DNA of 64,000 nucleotides from Gemmatimonadota bacterium (GTDB taxonomy: Bacteria; 4572-55; J002), in assembly GCA_003697105.1 (NCBI GenBank), contig RFFQ01000095.1, positions 3,388 through 67,387 of the forward strand, written 5' to 3'. The translations under genes were made by a program, and so were the position numbers. Under the pieces are notes generated by a model, which did no database searches, was not told the DNA's origin, and was given only the letters and a program-made list of their open reading frames with translations. This document shows positions 28,583-38,495 of the stretch, piece by piece (position 1 is the stretch's first letter; every line of letters starts with the position of its first letter).

Positions 28583-29269
28583 TTATTCCTGCTGTGCGAG
28601 GGCGATCCGTTTGTATTCCGCCACTCGCCGGTCTGCTTGCCGGGTGGGTTCCGGTAATCGATAGCGGGAGGTACAGGCTAGCGAGATTTTTACGGCAGAT
28701 GTGAGGGACATCCGGTGTCCGGGCGAGATGAACAGCGGGCGCACATTTGTTCGGGTGCGGACAACTTTTCCGATAACTTCATTTTGGTCCATTAAATTTG
28801 AGGTAGCGCCTTTTTCTAAAGCCGGTAATATGTATGACCCGACCAAGCGTGACTTGGCACAGCCAATTGTCGGGGAATCTAGCAGTACTCCCAAATGGGC
28901 GGCGAGTCCGAGCCGGCGAGGATGGGCAATGCCGTGCCCATCAAACAAGATGACATCCGGGGTGTGCTCCAGTTGTGCAAATGCTTTTAAGAGGACTTCT
29001 CCCTCCCGAAAACTTAAAAACCCCGGAACATAGGGAAACCGTACCCTTACTCGGGCGTAGCATTCTTGAACACATTCTAATTCTGGGAAATGGAGTAGGA
29101 TAACGGCGGCAAACGCTTCATCATGATGAAATGCCACGTCGGCGCCGGCAACCCACTGGATGGACTCCAGGGGAAGATCGGTAAAGACTAATTTTTTGAC
29201 TAACTCGTTTTGCAGGGCTTTGGCGGCGGTTGTGCTCAGGCTCCATTCGTGAGTCACTACCGGTGTCAT
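28583..29269 (-). CDS. nfi: Endonuclease V
   Basis: 'AGADVAF', 'YVPGFLSFREG' and 'DGHGIAHPRRLGLAAHLGVLLDSPTIGCAKS' match conserved EndoV motifs. Confidence 0.85.
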   Translation of the reverse strand: MTPVVTHEWSLSTTAAKALQNELVKKLVFTDLPLESIQWVAGADVAFHHDEAFAAVILLHFPELECVQECYARVRVRFPYVPGFLSFREGEVLLKAFAQLEHTPDVILFDGHGIAHPRRLGLAAHLGVLLDSPTIGCAKSRLVGSYILPALEKGATSNLMDQNEVIGKVVRTRTNVRPLFISPGHRMSLTSAVKISLACTSRYRLPEPTRQADRRVAEYKRIALAQQE

Positions 29270-30042
29270 AATTCTACCAGAGGTGTCGGGGCGTGTTGTT
29301 GCCCCACATGGATCGCAATTTGAGGATGATCACTTTTTCGAACCGTATCCACGGCGAGACGGTGGGCGAGGTCAGGGCAGTTATTTTCTTCACTAAGGTG
29401 TGCCAGAAACACCGCTTCGAGGTCGCAATGGATCAATTTGGAAAGGGCATTGTTAAATGCGCCGTTCGATAAATGCCCGTTTTTGCTGAGAATTCGTTGT
29501 TTCAATGACCACGGATACTTTGACGATTTGAGCATCTCTTCGTCGTGGTTACTTTCCAACACGATCAGATTGGCACCGATCAAATGGCGTCCCACCCGAC
29601 GGGTAACAAACCCCAAGTCCGTTGCGATTCCAATTTTGGAGCCATTATGCTGGATGATTACACTGATCGGATCGGCGGCATCATGGGGCGTTTGCACCGG
29701 ATGTACCAAAATCTCACGGGCGATCTCAAAAGGTTCATTTGTCGTGATCAAATGAGGTTGGAACGCCTGTTTTAGAGTTCGGCTGAGATGATGATACGTC
29801 CCTTGATTCAGATAAACGGGAATTGAATAGGCACGGACAAGCCGCGCCAGCCCTTTAACATGATCGTAATGTTCATGGGTGATAATAATGGCATCTAACT
29901 GCGAGGGCGTAATCTGGATGCGCTCCAAGCGCTGAATTAAATCTTTCAGGGTTAATCCAACATCCACCAACAGCCGAAATCCATTGATCTCCACAAACGT
30001 TGAATTTCCTTTGCTACCACTTGCCAGTAAACAGACCTTCAC
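29266..30042 (-). CDS. MBL-fold metallo-hydrolase (YycJ-like)
   Basis: 'IIITHEHYDHVKG' is the HxHxDH motif, with distal H and D residues present. Confidence 0.8.
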   Translation of the reverse strand: MKVCLLASGSKGNSTFVEINGFRLLVDVGLTLKDLIQRLERIQITPSQLDAIIITHEHYDHVKGLARLVRAYSIPVYLNQGTYHHLSRTLKQAFQPHLITTNEPFEIAREILVHPVQTPHDAADPISVIIQHNGSKIGIATDLGFVTRRVGRHLIGANLIVLESNHDEEMLKSSKYPWSLKQRILSKNGHLSNGAFNNALSKLIHCDLEAVFLAHLSEENNCPDLAHRLAVDTVRKSDHPQIAIHVGQQHAPTPLVEL

Positions 30043-30057
30043 CGTTTATCGCCTATG

Positions 30058-31629
30058 TTATGTTGCGTATGCAATGGATCGCGTTTCTCGAATCACGGTT
30101 ACTTTAATACTGCCGGGATAATCGACTTGTTTTTGAATTTCTTTGGCCACTTTATTTGCGATTTCATCGGCTTGGGAGTCGTTGACTTTATTGGGTTTGA
30201 CCATGATTCGGATTTCCCGCCCGGCTTGAATCGCATAGGATTTATCGACCCCCTCAAACGAACTCGCGATTTCTTCGAGTTTTTCCAGCCGCTTAATGTA
30301 GGCTTCCAATGTTTCCCGCCGGGCACCGGGGCGAGCGCTCGAAATGGTGTCTGCGGCGGAGACCAGCACTGTAATTAAAGAGGATGCTTCGGTATCTTCG
30401 TGGTGTTCGGCGATGGCACTGATAACCTCTTTCGGTTCATTATAGCGTTTGGCAACTTCAACTCCTAATTCCACATGGGAGCCTTCGCTTTCGTGGGTTA
30501 ATACTTTGCCAATATCGTGCATTAATCCGGCACGACGGGCAATACGGGCATCTAAACCCATTTCTTTTGCCAACATTCCCGCAATCACGGCAACCTCTTT
30601 GGAATGTTGGAGCATATTTTGCCCGTAGCTGGTACGGTATTTTAAGCGTCCGATGAGTTTTTGCATTTCTGGATGGACATTATTCAAGCCGAGTTCGAGG
30701 CAGGTTTCTTCGCCCAACTGGGCGATACCCTCTTCCACCACGGCATGGGATTTTCCCACAATATCCTCGATACGGGCTGGGTGGATTCGTCCATCGCTGA
30801 CCAGTTTTTCCATGGCGACCCGGGCAACTTCACGCCGGATGGGGTCAAATCCAGAGATCAGCACTGCTTCTGGGGTATCATCAATGATGACATCCACGCC
30901 GGTCAGATTTTCAAAAGCTCGGATATTCCGCCCTTCGCGTCCGATAATACGCCCTTTCATGTCATCACTTGGCAGAGAAACTACCGCCACGGTACTTTCT
31001 GCCACGTGTTCTGCCGCATATCGTTCGACCGCCAAACTGATAATGTGTTTTGCCTCTCGTTCGGCTTCCCGGGTGGCTTTATCTTTAATATCCCGAATGA
31101 GTTGCGATGCCTCCATCTTGGCTTGATTTTCCATGTTGCGGATCAAGAGTTGTTTGGCTTCTTCTGAAGTCATTCGTGAAATTTTTTCCAGCATTCGGGT
31201 TTGTTCGGCGATCAGTTCATTAAGTCGCTCATTTTGTTCGTCAATGACCCGAGCTTTGGTTTGTAATTCCCGTTCCCGGGCAGAGACCGCTTTTTCCTTT
31301 TTGTTAAGGACATCTACTTTGCGATCCAAGTGAGATTCTTTGGTTGCTAAGCGTTTTTCACGGCTTTTCAGCTCCTTACGGATATCTTGAAGTTCCCGTT
31401 CTAGCTCTACCTTACGTTCGTACCACTCATCTTTGGCTTCTAAAATGGCTTCTTTTTTGAGTGTCTCGCTTTCTTTTCGGGCTTCATCCAAAATTTTTTG
31501 CGCCAAGTCCTCGGCGTCTTGCAATTTTGCCTGACTGACTTTTTTATTCCAGTACCACCCTAAAATGAATGCGATCACTGCCGATGCCAGAATAGAAAAC
31601 ATAATTAAAATTGGCTTCAACAGTTCCAT
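30058..31629 (-). CDS. rny: Ribonuclease Y
   Basis: N-terminal TM helix, long coiled coil, KH domain ('GRIIGREGRNIRAFENLTGVDVIIDD') and HD domain ('GLMHDIGK'). Confidence 0.95.
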   Translation of the reverse strand: MELLKPILIMFSILASAVIAFILGWYWNKKVSQAKLQDAEDLAQKILDEARKESETLKKEAILEAKDEWYERKVELERELQDIRKELKSREKRLATKESHLDRKVDVLNKKEKAVSARERELQTKARVIDEQNERLNELIAEQTRMLEKISRMTSEEAKQLLIRNMENQAKMEASQLIRDIKDKATREAEREAKHIISLAVERYAAEHVAESTVAVVSLPSDDMKGRIIGREGRNIRAFENLTGVDVIIDDTPEAVLISGFDPIRREVARVAMEKLVSDGRIHPARIEDIVGKSHAVVEEGIAQLGEETCLELGLNNVHPEMQKLIGRLKYRTSYGQNMLQHSKEVAVIAGMLAKEMGLDARIARRAGLMHDIGKVLTHESEGSHVELGVEVAKRYNEPKEVISAIAEHHEDTEASSLITVLVSAADTISSARPGARRETLEAYIKRLEKLEEIASSFEGVDKSYAIQAGREIRIMVKPNKVNDSQADEIANKVAKEIQKQVDYPGSIKVTVIRETRSIAYAT

Positions 31630-31696
31630 TGTATTGTTCTAACCTCCAACAAATTTCAACTAAACTACTTCTCGGATTAATGCCATCAATCTGCAA

Positions 31697-31890
31697 TAAA
31701 AACCCCGCTATCTCGTGTGACTCAAAGTAACATTGAACCCAAACTTTAGATACGGTGGTTTGTCCGTATGGTAAATTAATGCGTCCCCTAAACCTCTACG
31801 AGGGGGGCGTGCACGCTTTTACCAGTTAGGATTCCCTAGTGTTTAATGTTAGCTCAAGTACCTTCAAATCATCACGAAGACAGCGGGGAA
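31697..31890 (-). ncRNA. ssrS: Candidate 6S RNA (SsrS-like), about 190 nt
   Basis: On the minus strand, 5' arm CCCCGCUGUCUUCGUG (31887-31872) pairs with 3' arm CACGAGAUAGCGGGG (31718-31704), forming about 15 bp with one bulge. UUUUUAUU follows. There is an inner stem UAACAUU/AAUGUUA and an internal hairpin AUACGG-N8-CCGUAU. The element lies directly downstream of zapA, the conserved position of ssrS in E. coli. Confidence 0.45.
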
Positions 31891-31945
31891 TCTGAATATC
31901 TATTCAACTTAGAATAGTTAGATTCGAGATGTCAAGAGAGCATGA

Positions 31946-32287
31946 TTAATCTTCATCTGTATTCGACTCGGATTGGGGTTGACCCTCCTCATCTTGGATT
32001 GTACGAGTTAGTGTTTCTGAGAGGCCGTTTAATTTTCCTTCAATTTCCAACAGTAAGCGTTGTCGAAGTTCGCGTTCCTGATACAGTTCATCTGCAATAT
32101 TGATAGCTGCTAAAATGGCAACTCGTGCGGATGAGGCAATAGACAGGTTATCGGTGATTTCCCGCATTTTGGAATCCACATAGCGGGCAACTTTGCCAAT
32201 ATGATCTGGATCGACATCACCTTTAATGCCATATTCAGAGCCAAATATGTGAACTTTTACTGTTTTGGTTTGGTCTTCGGTTGTCAT
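31946..32287 (-). CDS. zapA: Cell division protein ZapA
   Basis: 'KVHIFGSEYGIKGDVDPDHIGKVARYVDSKMREI' is the ZapA core, followed by a C-terminal coiled coil. Start reassigned to the ATG at 32287. Confidence 0.8.
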   Translation of the reverse strand: MTTEDQTKTVKVHIFGSEYGIKGDVDPDHIGKVARYVDSKMREITDNLSIASSARVAILAAINIADELYQERELRQRLLLEIEGKLNGLSETLTRTIQDEEGQPQSESNTDED

Positions 32288-32375
32288 GTTTATGGTAACT
32301 TTCCCAATCAACACTATCTCGGTTGTTCAACATCAATCTAATACAGATGAGGCCTAAAATCAACAATTGATCTCA

Positions 32376-32636
32376 TCATAACTCCAGTTCTTCAAACTTG
32401 GAGAGCATTTGCTCTACTTTTAAGCGAATTTTTTCGCTGTCTTGCTTTAAAGCCTCCTCTTCAGCCGTTGTCGTCGCACCGGTGTCCGGGGGTGTTTCTG
32501 CAGGAGATGTACTTGTTTTTCCCCGCAATTTTTGATTCTCTTCACGCAATATTTTGTTTTCGTGCCGCAGTTGAACAATCAGTTTTGTAGCTTGCGCAAT
32601 TTTATCTTCTAATGTTTTAAGGCTCGGTATTTCCAT
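32376..32636 (-). CDS. zapB: ZapB-like coiled-coil cell-division protein
   Basis: The 86-aa protein is almost entirely coiled coil ('LEDKIAQATKLIVQLRHENKILREENQKL'). It lies adjacent to zapA. Confidence 0.5.
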   Translation of the reverse strand: MEIPSLKTLEDKIAQATKLIVQLRHENKILREENQKLRGKTSTSPAETPPDTGATTTAEEEALKQDSEKIRLKVEQMLSKFEELEL

Positions 32637-32671
32637 TGATAATCTTTGTCCTCATTACCGGATAACCCGAT

Positions 32672-34732
32672 TTATTGACGGAGTTCAATTCCAAACGTGG
32701 CAGCGAGTTCCGCCAAAATTTGGGATTGAATCTCATCGACTTCTTGATCCGCCAACGTTTTCTCGGCGGATTGGTAGGTGATAGCAAAGGCCAGACTTTT
32801 TTTACCCGCCGGTACGGGGTGCCCCATATATTGATCGAACACGGTGACATCCCTAACTAAATCAAATTTGCGGATACAGTCAATGATTTCTTGCGAAGAG
32901 ACCTCCAGAGGCACCACGAATGCCAAGTCTCGTAATGATGGCGGAAATGAAGATAAGGTCTGGTACTGCATTGTACGGGGTAAATGATTCTTCAATATGG
33001 AAATGTTGAGTTCCGCCACCAGTGGGGGTGCATCCAACCCAAACTGTTGGGTTACTTTATAATGAAGTTCACCAAATGTTCCAATCCGATCGCCATTGAC
33101 AAACAGGGTTGCCGCTTTTTTTGGATGATAAAATGGTTCCTCACTCATGTCAAACTGCTTGCCGGAAATATGAAGACTTTCCAAGAGGGTCTCAATGGCG
33201 CCTTTGATATCGAAGACATCCAACGGGATAATCGATTGGCTCCAGTGGGGGGGATGGCGATCACCCATCATGATCAAGCCCAGCGTCATATCTTCCTGCG
33301 GTAATTTTTGCCCCTCTACCGGCTTAAATGTTTTGGCTAATTCAAATAATCGTAGCTGTTTTGTTCCCCGATTTTGATTCCATTTGGCGGTTTGGAGCAA
33401 CTGGGGTATAAGCGTGGTTCGCATGGTAGCTTGATCTGCACCCAAAGGGTTGCTAAGTTCAATAGTCTTCCGGCGTGCATCTGTTTCAGGGAGGTTTAAT
33501 TTATCGAATAGAGCCGCATCCATAAAACTGAAGTTGTAAATCTCTGTAAAGCCAATGCCTACCAGCCGTTCCCGAAGTCGATCCACGCATATTTCCGAAG
33601 GAGAACGCCGGGCTGAAAATGAGCCTCCTTTTGGTAGCGTTGTTTCAATATTATCATACCCGTATAAGCGGGCAATTTCTTCGATAATATCCACTTCCCG
33701 ATCCATATCGGTGCGGAATGTCGGCGCTTGGACGGTGATGACTGCCGTATCTGTGATATACGTCTCAAATTCGATGGTTTCTAGGAGCGAAACCATCGTA
33801 CGGGCATCCAGATTGGTACCCAGTAGATGGTTTACCCGCGAGGGTCGCACGGTCACGGTTGGGTTTTGCCATTCGGTTTGTCCAGCATCGATTTGCCCGT
33901 GCAAAAGTTCTCCACCGGCTAGGGATAGAATTAACTGGGCGACCCGATCCAACGCCAGCGGTACCCCATTCGGATCCACTCCGCGCTCAAACCGGTGCGA
34001 TGCTTCCGTGTGGAGTTTGACAAATTTAGACCCCAGACGAATTAAGCGTGGGGTGAAATAAGCACTTTCCAACAGAATGTTTTGGGTTTCCGGCGTAACT
34101 TCGGAGTTCAAACCTCCCATGACCCCGCCCAGTGCCACTGCGCGTGATCCATCCGCAATGACGACTGAATCTGGAGCGAGCTTACGTTCCACTCCATCCA
34201 ATGTAATAAATGTTTCGTTTGATGTCGCTTGACGTACAATGATCCGGTGCTCATCGAGTTGGTCCAGATCGAAGGCATGAAGGGGTTGTCCCATTTCTAA
34301 CAGGACATAATTGGTCGCATCAACGATGTTATTAATCGGACGAATGCCGCAGGTTTCTAATGTGCGTTGAAGCCACTCCGGCGAAGGTTCAATTTTAACG
34401 TTGCGGATAACCCGGGCACAGTAGCGCGGGCATCCTTCCGGATAATCAATCTGAACCGAAGTGACCTCCGTGATCGGCGTTTCGGACTCTTGAAATTTAA
34501 CTGGAGGATACGTAACGGTTTTTCCCAGATGGGCGGCAATTTCCCGGGCAATCCCAATGTGGCTTAAACAGTCTGATCGATTTGGCGTTATTTCAAACTC
34601 AATACAAAAATCATCGTGGATGGGTGTGACTTTTTCTACTTCTAACCCGATCAACGTCAGTTTATCCGCTAATTCGTCGGGTGTTAGATGGAAATGCACG
34701 AGTGATTTTAACCAATTGTAACTTGCTTTCAT
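32672..34732 (-). CDS. pheT: Phenylalanine--tRNA ligase beta subunit
   Basis: 'MKASYNWLKSLV...' is the canonical PheT N-terminus. B3/4 and B5 domain signatures are present. It lies directly downstream of pheS. Confidence 0.9.
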   Translation of the reverse strand: MKASYNWLKSLVHFHLTPDELADKLTLIGLEVEKVTPIHDDFCIEFEITPNRSDCLSHIGIAREIAAHLGKTVTYPPVKFQESETPITEVTSVQIDYPEGCPRYCARVIRNVKIEPSPEWLQRTLETCGIRPINNIVDATNYVLLEMGQPLHAFDLDQLDEHRIIVRQATSNETFITLDGVERKLAPDSVVIADGSRAVALGGVMGGLNSEVTPETQNILLESAYFTPRLIRLGSKFVKLHTEASHRFERGVDPNGVPLALDRVAQLILSLAGGELLHGQIDAGQTEWQNPTVTVRPSRVNHLLGTNLDARTMVSLLETIEFETYITDTAVITVQAPTFRTDMDREVDIIEEIARLYGYDNIETTLPKGGSFSARRSPSEICVDRLRERLVGIGFTEIYNFSFMDAALFDKLNLPETDARRKTIELSNPLGADQATMRTTLIPQLLQTAKWNQNRGTKQLRLFELAKTFKPVEGQKLPQEDMTLGLIMMGDRHPPHWSQSIIPLDVFDIKGAIETLLESLHISGKQFDMSEEPFYHPKKAATLFVNGDRIGTFGELHYKVTQQFGLDAPPLVAELNISILKNHLPRTMQYQTLSSFPPSLRDLAFVVPLEVSSQEIIDCIRKFDLVRDVTVFDQYMGHPVPAGKKSLAFAITYQSAEKTLADQEVDEIQSQILAELAATFGIELRQ

Positions 34733-34743
34733 CTGTCTACTTT

Positions 34744-35763
34744 TTAGAATTGCTCTAGGAATCGTAAGTCATTTGTGTACAACAGCCGCATATCATTAAT
34801 ATTGTATTTAAGCATGGCGATCCGCTCAACACCCATCCCAAACGCAAAGCCTGTCCATTCTTCAGGATTATACCCAACGGCGGCAAACACATTGGGGTCT
34901 ACCATGCCCGAACCTAAAATCTCAAGCCAACCCTTTTGTTTACAGACATTACACCCGCTCCCTTGACAAAAAATGCAGGTCATGTCCACTTCGGCGCTCG
35001 GTTCTGTGAAGGGAAAAAAGGAGGGTCGAAACCGGAGTTGCGTAGTTGGTCCAAACATCTGGTGGATGAATTCGGTCAGGACGCCTTTGAGATCACCCAT
35101 TGTGACGCGGCGGTCCACATATAATCCTTCCACTTGATGAAACACCGGGGAGTGAGAGGGATCAACTTCGTCGGTGCGGTAAACGCGCCCCGGCACAATA
35201 ATTCGCACCGGGGGATGTTGTTTTTCCATGACCCGAGCTTGCACAGGGGAGGTATGCGTTCGTAGAATGACATCGTCTTGAACATAAAAGGTATCTTGCA
35301 TATCCCGAGCGGGGTGTTCTGGAGGGAAATTGAGCTTATCAAAATTATAGGCTTCAAGCTCAACATCCGGACCCTCCGCCACCGAGAATCCCATACCAAA
35401 GAAAATTTCACGGATTTCATCGAATGTTTGTTGTAGCGGATGTTTTCGACCAAGCCAAAAACGACGTCCCGGCAACGTTATATCTGTATATTCATTAGCA
35501 ATGGCGCGTTGCCGTTCCGCTTCTTCATATTGTTCCAATGCTTCTGTGAACCGGGCTTGAAGCCGTGTTTTAGCTTGGTTCACCAAATTTCCGATGCGGG
35601 GTCGATCTGCCGGGGGAAGGGCACCCATCCCTCTTAGTAAGGATGTTAATTTACCTTTTTTACCCAAATATTTAATCCGCAGCGTCTCCAGCATCTTTTT
35701 GTCCGTACAGGACTCTATTTCGGAGAGTGCCGCCCGTTCGATACCCCGAATTTGATCTTCCAT
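34744..35763 (-). CDS. pheS: Phenylalanine--tRNA ligase alpha subunit
   Basis: 'FFPFTEPSAEVD' and the class II motifs 2 and 3 ('GFAFGMGVERIAML'). Confidence 0.95.
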   Translation of the reverse strand: MEDQIRGIERAALSEIESCTDKKMLETLRIKYLGKKGKLTSLLRGMGALPPADRPRIGNLVNQAKTRLQARFTEALEQYEEAERQRAIANEYTDITLPGRRFWLGRKHPLQQTFDEIREIFFGMGFSVAEGPDVELEAYNFDKLNFPPEHPARDMQDTFYVQDDVILRTHTSPVQARVMEKQHPPVRIIVPGRVYRTDEVDPSHSPVFHQVEGLYVDRRVTMGDLKGVLTEFIHQMFGPTTQLRFRPSFFPFTEPSAEVDMTCIFCQGSGCNVCKQKGWLEILGSGMVDPNVFAAVGYNPEEWTGFAFGMGVERIAMLKYNINDMRLLYTNDLRFLEQF

Positions 35764-35809
35764 GAGTTCTACCCAATTTACCGGAATTTTATAACGTCCT
35801 AATGCAGAT

Positions 35810-35840
35810 AAAGATTCTGTCCTGAAAGAACAGAATCTTT
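35810..35840 (-). promoter_or_regulatory. Perfect 11-bp stem-loop between rplT and pheS (attenuator/processing-site candidate)
   Basis: AAAGATTCTGT (35810-20), loop CCTGAAAGA, ACAGAATCTTT (35830-40). There is no U-tract on either side. Confidence 0.35.
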
Positions 35841-35859
35841 ATCCGAATGCGTCCTTCAT

Positions 35860-36216
35860 TTATGATAAGCTTGATTTTGCTAATTCAGCTAATCGACCAA
35901 AGTTATCCGGATCGTTAATCGCCATATCGGCTAAAATTTTCCGATCTAAATCCACATTTGCTTTTTTAAGCCCATTCATGAAACGGCTGTAAGATAATCC
36001 ATTTAATCGCGCGGCGGCATTAATACGGATGATCCATAGCCGGCGGAATTGTCGTTTTTTTGTTTTGCGGTCGCGGTAGGCATACACTCCGGCGCGATCC
36101 AGCGTTTCCTGAACGGTACGAATTAAATTTTTGCGTCCTCCGCGAAAGCCTTTTGCCGCTTTAATAAATTTTTTACGACGTTTTCGGGAGGCAACTGCTA
36201 CACGTGCGCGTGCCAT
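35860..36216 (-). CDS. rplT: 50S ribosomal protein L20
   Basis: '[34 protein letters not shown]...'. Confidence 0.95.
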   Translation of the reverse strand: MARARVAVASRKRRKKFIKAAKGFRGGRKNLIRTVQETLDRAGVYAYRDRKTKKRQFRRLWIIRINAAARLNGLSYSRFMNGLKKANVDLDRKILADMAINDPDNFGRLAELAKSSLS

Positions 36217-36276
36217 TCAAAACTCTCCTTCACTATAACGATACAACTTACCATAGATTGATGTTAACAGTTCATC

Positions 36277-36471
36277 TTAGTAGGGCATCATGCGTTCAAC
36301 ACGGGGTTGATCCACCTCGCTGATGTAAGTACCCTGACGAAGTACACGTTTCCGTTTCCGGCTCTTTTTACTCATGATGTGCCCCGCATTTGACCGGCGT
36401 CGTTTAATTCTTCCACCGGGTAATTTTTTAAACCGTTTTGCCACGCCTCGGCGGGTTTTGATTTTCGGCAT
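36277..36471 (-). CDS. rpmI: 50S ribosomal protein L35
   Basis: 'MPKIKTRRGVAKRFKKLPGGRIKRRRSNAGH'. Confidence 0.95.
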   Translation of the reverse strand: MPKIKTRRGVAKRFKKLPGGRIKRRRSNAGHIMSKKSRKRKRVLRQGTYISEVDQPRVERMMPY

Positions 36472-36511
36472 TGTCTTTAGCTCCTTCCTAAAATAAATCG
36501 ATTATATTTTT

Positions 36512-37036
36512 CTACTTTTCTGAGGATTGAGGTGCGAGGATGGTACTCATATTCCGCCCCTCCATTGTCGGGGGTCGTTCGACTATAGCGATATCCTCTA
36601 AGTCGGCGATAAAGCGTTGCAGTTTTTCTCGACCTAATTCCGTGTGTGCCAACTGACGTCCCCGAAATCGAACCGTAATTTTGACTTTATCACCTTCCAT
36701 TAAAAATTTTCGAGCATGTTTTTCCTTAAACTGAATATCGTGCTCTTCGGTTATCGGGGTAATTTTGATCTCTTTGACTGTAATGGTATGTTGTTTTTTC
36801 TTTAATTCGCGTGCTTTTTTACTTTGTTGGTATTGGTACTTGCCAAAGTCAATGATTTTGCAAACTGGGGGTTTTGCTGCCGGCGCAACTTCCACCAAAT
36901 CCAATCCTTGTTCTTGCGCAAGTTGAAGGGCTTCACTGGTCGGTAGAATGCCCACTTGTTCGCCATCTGCCCCAATCACTCGTACTTGCGGAACTCGAAT
37001 TTCTTTATTCACACGATTTTTTTTCTTACTGCTCAC
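36512..37036 (-). CDS. infC: Translation initiation factor IF-3 with a non-AUG (GTG) start
   Basis: 'NKEIRVPQVRVIGADGEQVGILPTSEALQLAQEQGLDLVEV' aligns to the IF-3 N-domain. No in-frame ATG is positioned correctly. GTG at 37036 follows GGAGGA (37045-37040). The track's longer TTG-start extension lies upstream of the predicted TSS. Confidence 0.8.
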   Translation of the reverse strand: MSSKKKNRVNKEIRVPQVRVIGADGEQVGILPTSEALQLAQEQGLDLVEVAPAAKPPVCKIIDFGKYQYQQSKKARELKKKQHTITVKEIKITPITEEHDIQFKEKHARKFLMEGDKVKITVRFRGRQLAHTELGREKLQRFIADLEDIAIVERPPTMEGRNMSTILAPQSSEK

Positions 37037-37091
37037 ACATCCTCCACAAAACTCAAGAAAACGAAAACAACCCCACCAAATTAATGGCATT

Positions 37092-37120
37092 GATATTAAG
37101 TGATTACCTATCTGTTGTCA
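37092..37120 (-). promoter_or_regulatory. Sigma70-type promoter for infC
   Basis: Minus strand: TTGACA (37120-37115), 17 nt, TAATAT (37097-37092). The -35 lies inside the 15-bp palindrome TCTGTTGTCAACAGA (37111-37125). Confidence 0.5.
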
Positions 37121-37161
37121 ACAGAAAATAAAGCGCTGGTTACCTTGTTGACCACTCCCGT

Positions 37162-38478
37162 TTAAGGAGCGCTTTCCAGCGTGGCTTGGACAAACCGGTC
37201 AAGTTGGGACTGTGCTCGGTTCAACGTTTCGATAATATCCGCGTTGTTTAAAATAATGTCATTATGGACTTGTTGTAGCAACGAGGATAGATCATGGTAG
37301 TAGGGCACTTTGGGTCGGTTGGCAAAATTAGCAAACATGGCAGGAAGCATGGTATCCACATCCTGAATATCCCACAACAACACTTTCATAGAGTCACTCA
37401 ATGCAGCTAATGCATCGCCTCGAATTGGGATATGTCCGGTGTAGGATTTACCTGTTTGGGGATTCCAGATCGCCTTATTTTGCATCTCTTTTGTCATAAG
37501 AAATTCAATAAATTGACGTGCTTCTTCCGGGTGTGGTGATTTTTTTGGTATTGCAAACATCCATCCGCCGGAGCAGATCGGGCGCATATCGGATTTGCCT
37601 TTTAACTGAAGCATGGGATGGAGCCCGATATAGTCTGCCCCTTTATCAACGCGCATTCGCAACAATTCTGAATCCCAGTTTGAGAACAACCAAATGGATT
37701 CCGCCGCCATATCGGTGATGATGACCGGATAATCATTATAAAGGGGCTGTTTCACATACGGATAAAGTTCTTTTAAGAATTGAAACACTTCGACGATTTC
37801 GGGATTCGTTTCCACATCAAATAATTTCGCCGGGTCTTTATCGTAAGATAAGGCATTAAAGCCGTACAGAAAATTCATCAAAGCGGTGGAGAGTCCTTCG
37901 CCGTTACCCCGATAGGAATAGCGGCCGGGGTTAGCTTTACACCACGTGAGCAATTCTTCGTATGAGGTGGGCAGTTCATCTTCTGCGATTTTATTCCGGT
38001 TGTAGAGCATTAAATCAGCACTAATGTGGTGCGGAACACCAATCATTCGCCCGTCTGTTGTTGATGCGGCATGGATGAATGCCTTCGGCAATTGGTCTCG
38101 AAACGGTGCGACCAGATCGCTTAGGTCCATCAGTAAATCGGCTTTTTCATATGCGGGGACATCCATCAGGTCGATCCACATAAAATCGGGAATATTTTTA
38201 TCCTGATTAACGGCAACGCGTAACGCGTTCAACACATCGGGAGAATTGGCATAATGTTGGATTTTAATATCAATTCCCGTTTTAGCCTTAAATTCTGGGA
38301 TAAACATTTGATTCATCCCGCGCTCAATTCCTTCCCAGTAGCGTCCAGAGGTCATGAGTTTGACGGTGCCGGTTTTTTCTTCTTTAGGCGGCTGCGGTTT
38401 ATTTCCGTTACAGCCTATCAAGATTCCCGATATGAGAAGAATGACCAGTAAACTATACGGGCGTTGGGAAACATGCAT
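37162..38478 (-). CDS. ABC transporter extracellular solute-binding lipoprotein (family 1, sugar-type)
   Basis: Lipobox 'ILIGC'. SBP_bac_1-like length and composition. Confidence 0.75.
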   Translation of the reverse strand: MHVSQRPYSLLVILLISGILIGCNGNKPQPPKEEKTGTVKLMTSGRYWEGIERGMNQMFIPEFKAKTGIDIKIQHYANSPDVLNALRVAVNQDKNIPDFMWIDLMDVPAYEKADLLMDLSDLVAPFRDQLPKAFIHAASTTDGRMIGVPHHISADLMLYNRNKIAEDELPTSYEELLTWCKANPGRYSYRGNGEGLSTALMNFLYGFNALSYDKDPAKLFDVETNPEIVEVFQFLKELYPYVKQPLYNDYPVIITDMAAESIWLFSNWDSELLRMRVDKGADYIGLHPMLQLKGKSDMRPICSGGWMFAIPKKSPHPEEARQFIEFLMTKEMQNKAIWNPQTGKSYTGHIPIRGDALAALSDSMKVLLWDIQDVDTMLPAMFANFANRPKVPYYHDLSSLLQQVHNDIILNNADIIETLNRAQSQLDRFVQATLESAP

Positions 38479-38495
38479 GATGAAACTCCTTTTGG

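Noticed and set aside
36512-37090. Track start for infC at 37090 ('MPLIWWGCFRF...')
   Set aside because: The extension has no IF-3 homology. It begins with a non-ATG codon and lies upstream of the predicted -10 and TSS. The GTG at 37036 gives an N-terminus collinear with known IF-3.
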